Assembly (NCBI RefSeq): GCF_018977255.1
Contig: NW_024704742.1
Coordinates: forward strand, 122,390,001 to 122,454,000
Direction: 5' to 3'
DNA length: 64,000 nucleotides
Source: Callorhinchus milii
Taxonomy: Eukaryota
Shown: positions 1-12,810 of the stretch, piece by piece
Layout: each line of letters opens with the position of its first letter
How positions within the stretch are numbered: the first letter of the stretch is position 1
The notes under the pieces: generated by a model
Told to the model about the DNA's origin: nothing
Seen by the model: only the letters and a program-made list of their open reading frames with translations
Databases searched by the model: none
Translations under genes and position numbers: made by a program

Positions 1-527
1 TTAAGTCACAGTTCCCCTGACTAATCTCCAGAGACACTGCTTGATGAGACTTCTGAATTTCATTATATGCGCGGAGGAAAGAAAATAAAAATGGCAAGAC
101 AGCTAGAATGAGATTTTATCAAAATTTACTCAATCTCAGTTTGTTCATCAAATGGATTTCTTATGGATGGATTGGATGGGGGGGGAAAGAAACATAGGAC
201 ATAATCACACAAATAAAAATCCAGTGTTAAAATTCATGTGACATTATTAACCGGTCAGAACAAGAGGAATTGTCCACCCCTCCTGATCCCAACCACCAGC
301 TTGGGTGCAGATCCCTGACTGCCCAACGCCTTGGGACGTCCTCCTGATGTTATACAAGGCGATATACAAATGTAATTTGTTGTTGTTGATAAAATTGGTT
401 GTTTGTGAGTCATTGTTGCGCACAAATTGCCTGCCATGTTCACCATTACAGTCACTACACTTGTAGTGACTAAAAGTGAACATGGTGAAAAAACAATGTT
501 ATCAATCTGTGAGTCACATTTTAAGAT

Positions 528-1152
528 ACAACAACAAAATTACATTTGTAAAGCACCTTTCACGTCGGGAGGACGTCCCAAGTCCCTGAACAGTCAGGGA
601 TCAGGACCCAAGCGTGGGGGGCAGGGTAGGGATGAGGAAGGGCAGAGATAGGATGGCGGCTAAAGCACGGTCAAAAACGAGGGTCTTGAGTCATGCCTTG
701 AAGGAGACAAGAGACGGAGCAAGGCGAAGGGATTGTGGGATGGACTTCCAAAGGGTGTGGGCAGAGACGCTGAAAGCAGGGCTGTCAATAGTAGGGTGGG
801 TCGGGAGATCTGGAGCAGGCTGGAGCCTGCTGAGCGGAGGGAGATAGGGGGTCAGCAGGTCAGAGATGTAGGAGGGGGCAAGGCCGTGGAGGGCCTTGAA
901 AATGAGGATGAGGATTTTGCATTCTATCCTCTGAGGGATGGGGAGCCAGTGGAGCCGGGTGAGGGTGGGGATGATGGGGTCACGGAGCCTGGTGCGGGAG
1001 AGGCCACAAGCTGCAGAGTTCTGGTTGATCCGCAGCTTGTGGAGGGAAGAGTTGGGGAGGCCGACAAGGAGGGAGTTTCCGTAGTCGAGCCTTGAGGTGA
1101 AGAATGCGTGTATGAGGGTTTCGGCGGCCTGAGAGGTGAGGCAATGGCAGAG
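528..1152 (-). mobile_element. L2-clade LINE 3' fragment
   Basis: ORF 691-1188 (SRLDYGNSLLVGLP...LHWLPIPQRI) is L2 ORF2 C-terminus; 3' tail GGACGTCCTCCCGACGTGAAAGG...(TTG)n. Confidence 0.9.
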
Positions 1153-4100
1153 TGAAAACAGAATTTTTACCCAAGGGTTTCCAAACATTCAAGTGCTTTA
1201 GGTTTAACTGTAGTGAACTTTATATACTAGCCCATGGTGTAATCTTCAAAGTGTGCCAGGGAACACCATTCGATGGGATTTCTTAATCTCATTATGTGTT
1301 GCCAAAGCAGTAGCAAACATTGGCTTGTATTTCAAATTAGGATTATTCCAAGTATAATCCATTTTGACCTTGGTGCCTGAAAACCAAGAGAAAATAACTA
1401 GGGTTTTATTTTTCTTGCTACTATTCTTAAACTTTAAGATTGCCTTTAAAAGAATCAAACCTTCCACTGGTTAGGCCCGACCAAGTGAGCAGGTCATTGT
1501 AAGCTATTTGGCCAACCCTCATTGACCATGTTCTCCCCCAACCACAAAAATTATATTGAGATATTTATAGTTTGTTTAAAAACAAACAAGAAAATGAAAA
1601 ATCGTTATCAACGTACTTTCTTTTTCAAGAAATAATTTGCCAGTTTTGTGTAGAGAGGGATTAAATGGTATGTTTATAGAAGAAAAACTTTTTTTTAAGA
1701 TAGACAAGATTAGCCAAGTGCTAATGTCAGGAAAAAATACACGCTACTCCGTGCTTAAGGAGGGTTAACTGACAGTTAATAGAAAAGGAGTAAAACAGAT
1801 GGGACCATTTCTAAGCTGCTCCCAAAAGCTATTTACCATGAATAATATAATTCACGAGCTACATCTTTTATTTGAGGATTTGTTCCTGTTACAATTTTAA
1901 AGGGCTCCTAGTACCTTCCAAACAAGAGGCATGCAATTGAGCCACAATAACCTGTGTGCTTATATGATATGGGGATGTAATACATTTCCCTTCAAATACG
2001 TTGGCTCTTATCTGACTGCTCAGATGATTTAGGTGGACATTAAAGATCCCTTGGCATTATTTCGAAGAAAAGCACAGATAGGTTTTGCCAGTGTCCTGGT
2101 CAGTATTCTTCTGGTCCAATTTTTCCTGGTTAGCCAGGTGTCTGACACACATGGAAATCCATCACCAGCCTGAGAGATTACATGGACATGCCACATGCAC
2201 ATGGAAATTTCTGGTGTCTGGAAATGGAATGCGCACTCTCTGCACCAACTGAAAATTATTAATCTAATATTTTAAAAATTATATATTATTTTATAAACAT
2301 TTTATTTTACAAAAATATATTTTTTGTATTATAAAACATAAACATGTCATACATATATATTTCAAATTCACTAAAACAAATTGCTTATTTATCTCGTCCT
2401 CCCGACGTGAAAGGCGCTCTATTAATGAAATGTTGTTGTTGTTGCTGTTTGTAGGATGTTGCTTGTGCAGTTTACTTGCATACTTGCTTACACTGCATCA
2501 GTCACTGCACTTCACTTCAAAATAACTCATTGCATAAGACGCTATTCCAAATGGAAGCATTGCTTGTTTTTATTTTGCTTTCTTTATGACGCACTGTGCT
2601 GATCAGACTATTGAGGAAGCTGACTAACAAGGGCCTGCTGGGGGAGCAGAGTTGCTGTTTAGAATTTGGTCAGTTTTTCTTTTTTGTTTGTTAGATTCAT
2701 TTGCCAACAGATCTGCAGCCATCAATTAGCTGTCACCAAGAGCTGAAGTTTGTGGTCAGAGATGTGATGGAATGTGTTGGCATTTGTCAACAAAGTCCCA
2801 TCTTGTCAACAACACTTAAAACATTCCAGGAGGAATGGCACAGATTTCTAGTCGTATTATAAATAGTAATATTCCTTGCACTTGATACAGGATCTTTGGT
2901 TTGGGATACTCTTAGGCATGGTGATGGGTTTCTGCAAGTGTCAGAGACCGAACTGGCCCCCAAAAATATATAGCTATAGCACCTTATTGTGTTTTCAAAA
3001 TCTTTCAAACTGCTTCACAGGATTTACTGTAGAGTGTAGTGATTGTGTTTTTTGTAGATGAACACAACAGCCAATTTGAGCACAGCAATGTCATACAACA
3101 TCCACTTCAGCAGGCAGATGGGACCTTAGTTTAATGGCTTATGCAAAAATAGGTAACGATTGGATAATAAGTAGATATTTGAGTAAAACGCGAAACATCC
3201 TCAAAGTAAAGATCCCTTTGTAATGCTAATAAATATATCACAAACATTAGTGTTTCCTGGGAGTACAACAATCAGCAGTTGTAAAACCTTTAATATAAAT
3301 AATTCTTTAAGGAGGTTAATCTGCGAGTGGAGAGAAATTCTACTTGGATCTAGTATGTCTGCATTTCAGAGCAAAATGCAAATTCTTGAATTCAGTCTTA
3401 ATTCTGGCACCTTTTTTTAAAAGAGACTACAGCAAAATTAAGGCTATATTTAAGATTTTACCAAATTCTAGACACTCTAAAATGCTAGACCCAGATAGAA
3501 TTTCATTTCTTTATCCCAGAGACTGTAGAAGTGTCTTATTGTAAAATCTTGGAGATCCATTTGAGTTCTGCTTATGTGTTTTTTAAAAAATTCTTTTAAT
3601 GGTACATGGACAATTTTAATGTTCTTAATAGGCAATAAGAATCAAGAGATTACAGCTTTGAAGTGCGAATAACAAGATTCATTAGCATTGTTCCAAAGCA
3701 TCATAAGCATTTTTTAAGCCTAAAGGGCTGCTTATGGAGAAGTCCCTTCTAATGCTGCTGTATTCCTAATTTTCATTCTTTCCACTCATTCCTCATTCAT
3801 CTGTCAATGTCTAGTTTGTAAAATGATTCAGATTGTCCCGAGGGTAATGAAATACATTAGCTGCAAAGAATTGCAGGGAAAATCTAAAAGGAAATGTCTT
3901 GATTTCCTGTTCTGGTTGATGAAGGAAAATGAACCTTTTAGGGAAATGACGGGCTTGAAACGGTCAATGAAAGCAGTTAGCACCGGCTGCTTTTTGAAGC
4001 CTGCAGGAAATCCCGTGGAATTCCAAGTGATCTTAAGAAAACACAGGCATTTATTCTCTTCCACCTCAGATCACCTGACAGCATAACTTACTCTTCACCT

Positions 4101-5325
4101 CTTTGACAGACAGAGACTCTGAGCATATGACAGATGCAATAAACGTCAGCCTTGTTCTTCAGCTGCTATTAGACCACTGCAGTGACAAGTCCATTTCTGA
4201 TATCTCTGGACCACCTCATGTGACCCTCTGACATTTTCCGATGTTTTTTGCATGGCTCTCTGATTTGAATGGCTGATAAGCTTCACTGCATTCAAAATAA
4301 ATATCCCAGCGTTAAGTTAATATTAATCCTTGCATTTGGTACAGTTTCTTTCACATTGGGAGGACGTCTCAAAGCAGTTCACAGAATTTCCTGTAAAGTG
4401 TAGTTAATGTGTATTTTGTATTGCTCTCCATACGTGCAAAATGGGAATGGAGTTAAATAGCAAGCCATAAGTGTCAAAATTATTAAAACTGGATATCAGA
4501 GGCCTCGGAATATGTTCGATTCAGCTTTAAATTGGAAGCCAGGACAGAATATTGGCTTCCAATTTAAGACTGAATTTAAGAATTTTCCCAAATTCTACAC
4601 AATCCTACATTTAAAGACAATGATCTTAACGCTAAGACCATGAGAAATTTCAGGCCTCTGCTTACATTTACTTTGGTCCAAAGCCTTGAGATCATCATTT
4701 CCCATTAATGTTTAAACATTTGCTGGGGAGGGTGCAAAACATAATTCTCATCCATATTTTAATCCATAGTTGTACGCATGAGGGAGAAGGAAAGGTTATG
4801 GGAGGATTTGGAGGAGTGGAGGCTCATGTAGGGCACAAACATATAGAGTATGTGGACGAGTTGGGTTGAATGGTCTATTTTCCTGCTTTAACGGTCTATT
4901 GTAATTCTATGTTATATGGCGAAGATGCAGACATTAATTATGTCTTTTGGATGATATCATTTGGAGTCATTTTACAAGGTTTAAGAAATCTGCTCAATGC
5001 AAATCACAATTGGAATTTTATGTTTTATTCAGTCTGATCTCAACTGCAATTATATGTGCGAGCCCAATATGCAAAACACTTAAATCAATTTGAGTTTTTG
5101 TGAAAAGCACATGACGATAGCAGTTTATTTTGAGGATTTTAATTATACACAATTAATTGCCTATTTGCAAGTTCTCAGTTACAAAAGAGACTTCTGAATA
5201 GAAAAATAATATAACTTGACACAAATTGTATGGAATTAGACAAAGAGAGTTTAGTTCTTGTACTAAAAAGCTATAAGAATGCAGTATTTGTTTTAAGAAG
5301 TTTAGATTCAAAAAAGGTCACATAG

Positions 5326-5835
5326 ATGTCAGCTTGCTTCAGTTGGTAACATCTCCTCTGAGCAAGAAGGCTTGGTTTCAAGTCCCATGTTGGGACTTTG
5401 GGGACACTGTCTAGATTGACACTCCAATACAGGGCTGGGAGAGTGTTGTGTTGTCAGAGATGCCGTCTTTCAGATGAAGCAATAAACTAAGGCCCGTTGA
5501 GGTGAACGTTAAAGATCTATGGCACTACTCAAAAAGAGAAGAGTTTTTTTCTCCCATTGTACTGACAAACATTCCCCCCGTTAAAATGGGTCATTCATTT
5601 CAAGACTGTGTGTGGGACGTTGCTGTGCACTAAATGATAACTGCGATTGCCTACGATTACACAGTCACTATATCACACCTGAACCAAGCTGCCCCCCACC
5701 TCCTCCAAAAATGCTCGTTTCCATTCCCCACCCTTCACTACTCACTTCACTTTGCAGTAAATCTTGTGAAGCACTTTGAGATGTCCTTCTAATTTGAAAT
5801 GCGCTATATCAAATGTAAGGATTATTATTGTTATT
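5326..5835 (+). mobile_element. Older Deu-domain SINE (SacSINE1/AmnSINE1-like). Further degenerate copies at ~9490-9790, 24140-24500, 28260-29940 (split), 35430-35790, 40140-40470, 52135-52590, 53640-54040, 55845-56110
   Basis: tRNA-like head followed by GCTGACACTCCAGTGCAG, TAAAGATCCCATGGCACTATT, GTGTCCTGGCCAACA and the Deu core, with an L2-like tail. Confidence 0.75.
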
Positions 5836-7793
5836 ACTATTCCCAGACAAAATAACTATTCTGGAATAGGAAATTAGACCTTTAGGGAACAGAGTGAGAA
5901 ATATCACATTCGATGAAGATAAATTGTTTCATTATCAATCGTATGATCTTGTTGGATTTTACATTGCAGCCAATTTGTACAACATATAAATCTAGCTGTA
6001 AATCAGGCTCATTCTTAGCTCACCTAAAAACTGATAAGAATTGTGTGAATATTTGAAATTCTAGTTGTTTGTCTTTAAAAAATAAATGTTGAAAAGAGGA
6101 AGAATGCTTGCATTTGATCTAGTGCTAATAATAATAATGTTTGCATTTGATGTAGTGCCTTTCACATCAGGAGGAAATCTCAGAGCCCTTCACTTTGACC
6201 CTATAGAACAGTAATTGTATTTTGTAGGTGAATGCGGCAACCAATTTGAACACAGCAATATTCATATTATTTCAACAGGAAGTATAACTTTCTCCAGTGG
6301 CTGACTGAGGGGTGGCCGGGCGGGGTGTAAAAGTCATATATGCTGGAGTATAGCATAATTTAATCACAGTCTATCCTGAGGTAACTGATTTTAGCTGGGA
6401 CAGCAGATGGGGTGTTTGTATTTGCCTCGATGCTCCTGGTTTAAGAAGCGAAAATCCACTAAATTATCCACTCCTAATCTCTCTTTAGAGATCACTGCTA
6501 AAAGGTGTGTGTGTCTATATGTGTGTGGGTGTTGGGTGAGGAGAGCATCAAGCTCACTTGTCATGCCCCTGGGGCTGAACTGCCTATTTTGTGAATCTCT
6601 GCTCAGTTTGTAAGAGCATTTGTTTTTGAGGTGAGAGGTATCAGCACACAGGGTGCACATCGCTGCTTCTCTAACGCCATGTCATCCCAATCATCAATGA
6701 ATACATTGCATGTTGTGAAGTTGTTCATTAAAACCTCTCTCCCCGCCACAGAATCACCTGCCATTTCCCAGCTCACAATAGAACAATCGCTTTTGACATC
6801 TACCATCTATGTGGGTGATACAGTAAAGTTCTGTTCTGTTGAGCGTTGCTGCTTTGTTGGTTATATAGTGGCTCATGATAGAAATTCTATGTTGCTGACG
6901 TCTCTACAGTTGAAGAGGCAGCAACCTGACTTTGTAATTCCAACAGCAATGTCAGCAATTAATAACAACCAAGAGCGCTTTGTGCTTACCTGACAACTCA
7001 ACCAACGTCACAATTATTGTGCATTTCTTACAGTAAAAGGACAGGGCCTAGTTTTGTGTAGAGGGTTGTGAAGGGCACATTTACAACAAAGACTAGGAAC
7101 CAACAGCTGAAATTTGATACTAGGAAGCGTAGTTGAGGCCAGGATATTGGACTCATTTAAGGAACAGTTTGATGCTACAATGGGAAAATAGTAGGGCTGA
7201 TATTCTGAAAGGATCAGATCAAATGAGCTGAATGTTCATTTGAACATCTCTTGTGATCTTTGTGTTTCAGGGAGCAGAAGGTTGTAGGTTTGACACCAAG
7301 GCAAGGATGAAGTGCAAGATGACTCCATTTAAAAGGGCCACAGTTGAGCTTGGGTTTACTTACAGCATAGGTCTACTGTGGACCTGTCCTTTATCAGAAA
7401 CATGGTTCCCTCAACACTAACTTACTGGCTTCACACATTAAAAAAAAATCTGCCTTCCAGTTCATAAGGATATTGCAGATGTCACTTCCACCACATGCAC
7501 AGGACGTAATGATAGCAGTGACCTAATGACCAGGAAGGTGGCCATTTTTAGCATGCCTCTATTTAACATAGGATCTGATATTATGGACCCGGAACAAAAT
7601 TTTACTGGCTAACCATGTAGGCTGAATAGATACCTACTGTGAATTTGAATGATATATCTAGATAGATGGGCTCAATGACTTTATTTTTTAGCTTCGCTCT
7701 AATTAATGTTCTTAGTGTGCTTTCAGAACAGCGGTGATGCTTTGCTGTGTTTCACCCAGGCTGTAATAATTCCTTTGGTTTCTTTTTGTTTAG

Positions 7794-7966
7794 ACAAGCA
7801 ACATGAGTGTGAAATGCCGTCACCCTCACAGAAAGATAAGGACAAGAAGAAGAGGCCAATGTCACAGATCAGTGGGGTCAAGAAACTCACGCACAGCTCG
7901 AGCTTAACAAATTCCAGTATAGCCAGGTTTGGTGTCAAAACTGACCAGGAGGAACTCCTGTCAAAG
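7794..7966 (+). CDS. PDE4D: PDE4D coding exon (LR2 linker: [11 protein letters not shown]...[14 protein letters not shown]); first PDE4D exon visible in the window
   Basis: tttag|ACAAG acceptor and AAG|gtgtgt donor; the peptide matches human PDE4[33 protein letters not shown]. Confidence 0.95.
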
Positions 7967-8159
7967 GTGTGTTTAATTCCTATCACTGTTTGGATGCTTA
8001 GTTTATGCAACTCACTTCCCGCACTTGTGCTGATCTGAAAAACAAAGACTAGGAAAATGTTTGAAATCAAATTGTCGCCATTTATTTACCAAGTTTTTAA
8101 ATATTCGGGTCAACTGGCATTACCAGTTGCTTCGGCTTACCACTGCTGTCCTGATAGAA

Positions 8160-8972
8160 GTCCTGGATGAGAGCTAACTTTCTTCAGTTAAATGTCAACA
8201 AGACCGAGGCTCTCCTGATTGGCTCCTGTCAGCGCCTCCACACCTCAGGCGCTGACAGCATCACCATCCACTCCACCTTACTAAGCCAGTCCGGAACCTT
8301 GGCATCTTGTTTGACCCTCAACTATCCTTTCTACCCCACATCTATGCCATGACCCGCTCTGCCTTCACTGCAACATTGCCTGGCTTCGCCACTGTCTCAC
8401 ACCGCAGGCCGCCGAAACCCTCATACATGTATTCATAACATTGAGGCTTGTCTATGCAAACTCCTTGTTTGTCAGCCTCCCCAACTCCTCCCTCCATAGG
8501 CTGCAGATCATCCAGGCTCTGCAGTATGTGTCCTCTCCCGCAACTGGCTCCCCATCACACAGAGGATACATTTCAAGATCCTGGTTCTCACCTTCAAAGC
8601 ACTCCATGGTCTTGCTTCCCCCTACCTCTGTGACCTCCTAACCCCCTACCAACCTACCCGCTCCCTCCGTTCAGCAGGCTCTGGCCTGCTTCACGTCCCC
8701 CGCCTCGTTCGCCCCACCATTGGCAGGTGGGCCTTCTGCCACTCTGCCCCCACCCTCTGGAACTCCATCCCTCAGTCCCTCTGCCTCACCACTCTTTTGC
8801 CTCCTTCAAAACCCATTTTGAACGTGCTTTCGATCACCCTGCTTCCCCCCAACCCTCCATCCTCCCCAATCCCGACCCCCAGCTCGGGTCCGAAACACTG
8901 ACTGTCCAGCACCTTGGGACGTCCTCCCAAAGTGAAAGGCGCTATACAAATGTAATTTTGTTTTTGTTGTTC
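8160..8972 (+). mobile_element. L2 LINE 3' fragment, degenerate, in PDE4D intron
   Basis: [20 protein letters not shown] with frameshifts; L2 tail stem-loop and (TTG)n. Confidence 0.88.
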
Positions 8973-9306
8973 TATCGCCTGTGATATATTTGATTTTTGT
9001 TCTTTGGGATTTGATAAGAAGTGTTCCTGAGTTTCCAAAGGAAATGGCAAAATGCTATTTTACTGATCGCTCCACCCACAAAACAGCCAAGATGCTAACA
9101 TTTAATAATGTTGCTAAAAAAATAATGAACTGAGTACCTAGTCAATGAAAAGCTTGGTAGTTATTTCTAATCGCTGTGTGGACAATCCTTGATTTGTGTG
9201 GAATTTGAGTACAGTATTTGTTCTTTAGAAACATGCAAAATTATATTTGTTTAATGTTGTCCTTAACATACAAACCTTTCTTGAATTTATGCTTTCTTTA
9301 TTTCAG

Positions 9307-9405
9307 GAATTAGAAAAGGTTAACAAATGGGGCCTTAATATCTTTAAAGTAGCAGAACATTCTGGAAATAGACCTTTAACGGTTGTCATGTATACAATTT
9401 TTCAG
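9307..9405 (+). CDS. PDE4D: PDE4D exon ([14 protein letters not shown]...YTIFQ), start of catalytic domain
   Basis: tttcag|GAA acceptor and CAG|gtgag donor; 99 bp, in frame with neighbouring exons. Confidence 0.96.
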
Positions 9406-9601
9406 GTGAGTTTGGAGTTTAGTCATCATGAACTGTTTGAAAGTGTTGTGCTTAGTGAGGTTTTTAGTTCTATACAGAACTGGTCAAGTGTCAACCTGGC
9501 TCAGTTGGTAACACTCTTGCTTCTGAGTCAGAAGCTTGTGGGTTCAAGCCCCAGGTCAGGACTTTGAACTCACAGTATAGGCTGACAACTCCAATACAAT
9601 A

Positions 9602-9703
9602 ATAAAGACAGAAGTCGCTGGGAAACACGCAGCAGGTCAGGCAGCATCTATGGAGAGAGGAAAATGAATTAACATTTCAGGTCGATAACCTCTCGTCAGA
9701 ACT
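9602..9703 (-). mobile_element. Penelope-like element terminal fragment with minimal hammerhead core, flanked by a 15-bp direct repeat
   Basis: Minus strand reads AGTT-CTGACGA-GAGGT-TATCG-ACCT-GAAATGTT-AATT. AACTCCAATACAATA occurs at 9587-9601 and 9700-9714. Confidence 0.7.
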
Positions 9704-10135
9704 CCAATACAATACTTTGGGGGTGGTGGGGGTGTACCTCATTGTCAGAGGTACTGATCTTTGGATGAGGCATTGTAACCCGTACTACTAAGAACCTGCC
9801 TGGAATTTATATCCTTTGTGCGCTGACATATTGAGGACAAAGTCTACAAATGAACTGTTGTGGGAGGGGACAAAGTGGAAGCCAAGTATTTGCTAGGGTG
9901 GGAGTGCAAAGTAGGCAGAAAACTGGTGAGTGAGAAATCTGCTGTCATTCTCATGCATCTATTGGCAACCAGGCATAGAGCAGTATAGACAGAGGCGTCA
10001 GAGTAGGGCTTTCCCCTGCCTCCTTGCGGAACCCAATGTAACCTAAAATTTACAGGATGCGGAGAAGATAAAAAACATGGAAACAAAAATTGCATTTGTC
10101 TTTAGATACCTATTTATATTTATTCCAGGTTCTAA

Positions 10136-10369
<234 letters not shown>

Positions 10370-11278
10370 TAGTCAAATTGCTATCCTTTGGTAGAGAAGT
10401 GTAGAGAGATGCATTCAACAGTGTCATTGTTTCAGTGTCTGCTATCAAATTGATTTCAGCTAACTGCCATTTGAGAGATATAGCATAAGCTACAGTAGCA
10501 TTGCAAAAATTTGTTCCAGGGATTGATCTGACCAGAAAGATCCCCAAAGTGGCCACATTGTTAGATTGGAACATCCTTGTAAATACCTTTAGAGCAACCT
10601 GGGTAGTTCAAATATTCCCTCCAAAACCAAAAAAAATAATAAATTGGTAATTTTCAATCCAAGACTGTTTGTGGGACACTGCTGTGCGCAATTGGCTGCC
10701 GCGTTTTACCCACAAATATATAGTCAAATCACTTTACAGCATATTCTGTGAAGCGCTTTGAGACGTCTGGAAGACGTGAAAAGCGCTATATTAAATGCAA
10801 GGATTATATTATTATTATTATTCATTTGTTTGAGTAGTGAACCTGAGATCAGAAGGCACGACTCCTGGGGGTTCAATTTAGTTCTTCACCCTTTAGGCTA
10901 TGTTAAACTATTCTTTTTGTAGGAGGGAGAGGCAAGCAGAGACTCTTTAGGTTATGTTGGCTTTCTCTTGAACCCTGTGAGTAACAGATAAAAGTAGCTG
11001 GACAAGTCTCACAAAATGTACCGGTGCCTCTTATAGGATGTCTGATCATTTCTGTTTTTTAAGGAAAGGTCACCCAGTCTTTTGCCAATGCACATAAGTA
11101 CAAAGTTTGCTTTGACTGGTTTACTTCACTTCATAAGGCCACCCCTTCTCGAATTACACAATACAACTTTGGAAGTGATTCAGGTTCTCCTATTACTGGA
11201 GACTTCTCTTTGATATCATGATGACGAGATCAGTCTTGATACGAAGGTAGTCCTGTTAAAGATTTCCTTGAGAAATTA

Positions 11279-11582
11279 AATAATAATAATCCTTGCATAT
11301 GATATAGTGCTTTTCATGTCTTCTAGACATCTCAAAGCGCTTTACAGAATATAAGGTAAAGTGAATTGACTATATTTGTGGGCAAAACACGGCAGCCAAT
11401 TGCACACAGCAGTATCCTACAAACAGTCATGGATTGAAGTGACTAATTTATTATTGTTTTTTTTCTTGAGGGATAATTATCAGGCATTTGGAGTAAGGAA
11501 ACTTGCCCAAGGTTTTGCCTTGCCGGGAATCGAACACAGATCTCTCGCTTGTGAGGCGAGTGCTCTAACCAGGGAGCTATAT
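11279..11582 (-). mobile_element. tRNA/Deu/L2-tail SINE, short variant
   Basis: Same head, core and (TAA)n tail. Confidence 0.85.
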
Positions 11583-12710
11583 GCTCTAACTGAGCTCTAG
11601 CTGGGTTTCTTTTCAACAGCCCAGCATGACACCAAATAAGTATTTTTGTGAGCAGTGATACGTAGCGCATTTGGAATAAAGCCATATAAATGACAGGCCA
11701 GTGAGTTAAACCTCCAGTAACCTAACTTCAGTGTCAGTAGATTCAGGTTTCTGCTGTCTTACCCGATACATTGAGGTGCAGTCATCCCAATATCACAGAA
11801 CCTCAGAGAACAGAACTGTACCACTTCCAATTTCAATATTCACTGAATAATTCTTTTGTGGGTGGATTTTCACTCTGAATAAATAACACATGAATTATAT
11901 TGGTTTGAGTCACACAAAAGGAAAAAAAATCCCCATAGCGTTCTGGGTTACCTCAATGAGTTGAGCGCAGGATTTAAGACTTGATTGTTTTGAGTTCGTA
12001 TCCAGGGTTCTTTGAGCTTTTTTAGTTGATAAAATGAGAGTCCTGCCTAATAATGTCCTCCTGGGGGCATCTGATAAGCATGGTTTCATTTTAGAATGAA
12101 CTGATACTGAATTGATCAAATGAAGACTTAGAGGCTTAGACACGGCCAACTCTGTGAGACAAAGCAATAAACAATAGCAGGCTGCACAGTTAGCTCATTC
12201 CACTTTTAATAAAACACTTATGATATCAGGCAACAAATAATCCCTGGTGTCTGTCCACATGGTCCCCTGAGGAGAGAGTGTGCACTCGTGTGCATATGTG
12301 GAACTCAGTCTAGTTTGGATACTGATAAACATGGTGATGGAATTCTCCTTGTGCCACCTATTCAGCTGACCAAGGAAAAATCCTAACATCAATTGTTGAT
12401 TGACCTTTTGCTTATTTAATGCTTTTGCAGCTTTGAAAATACGACTACGCTGTACTTTATTTATAGCACCTGCCAAGATATTTTAATATTTAAGTATAGA
12501 TGCTTTCTATTATCATAAAGTATTGTTCTTTCTAAATTCATTGTATTCTTAGACTAAGCTAGGAGAAAATTTATTTTTTTATACGTAGACTACTACAGCC
12601 TGAGGTCATAGACTTATTGATCAACACTAAAAAACAGTGCTGGACTGGAAGCATTAAGCAGTTTGCAATCCTTTCAGTGTGCTACATGTGATTCTTGTTT
12701 CTTTTTTCAG

Positions 12711-12810
12711 GCTGTCTTCACAGATCTGGAGGTCCTGACTGCAATATTTGCCAGTGCTATTCATGATGTTGATCACCCTGGCGTCTCAAACCAGTTCCTC
12801 ATCAACACAA
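12711..12810 (+). CDS. PDE4D: PDE4D exon ([33 protein letters not shown]), HD signature
   Basis: ttttcag|GCT acceptor and ACAA|gtgagt donor; 100 bp; class I PDE signature HDxxHxGxxN. Confidence 0.97.

Noticed and set aside
1..7793. Upstream PDE4D UCR2 exon ([24 protein letters not shown]...)
   Set aside because: Scanned by eye and not found. FKKR (6440) and LKRQ (6910) look-alikes do not continue, so the exon probably lies left of the window.
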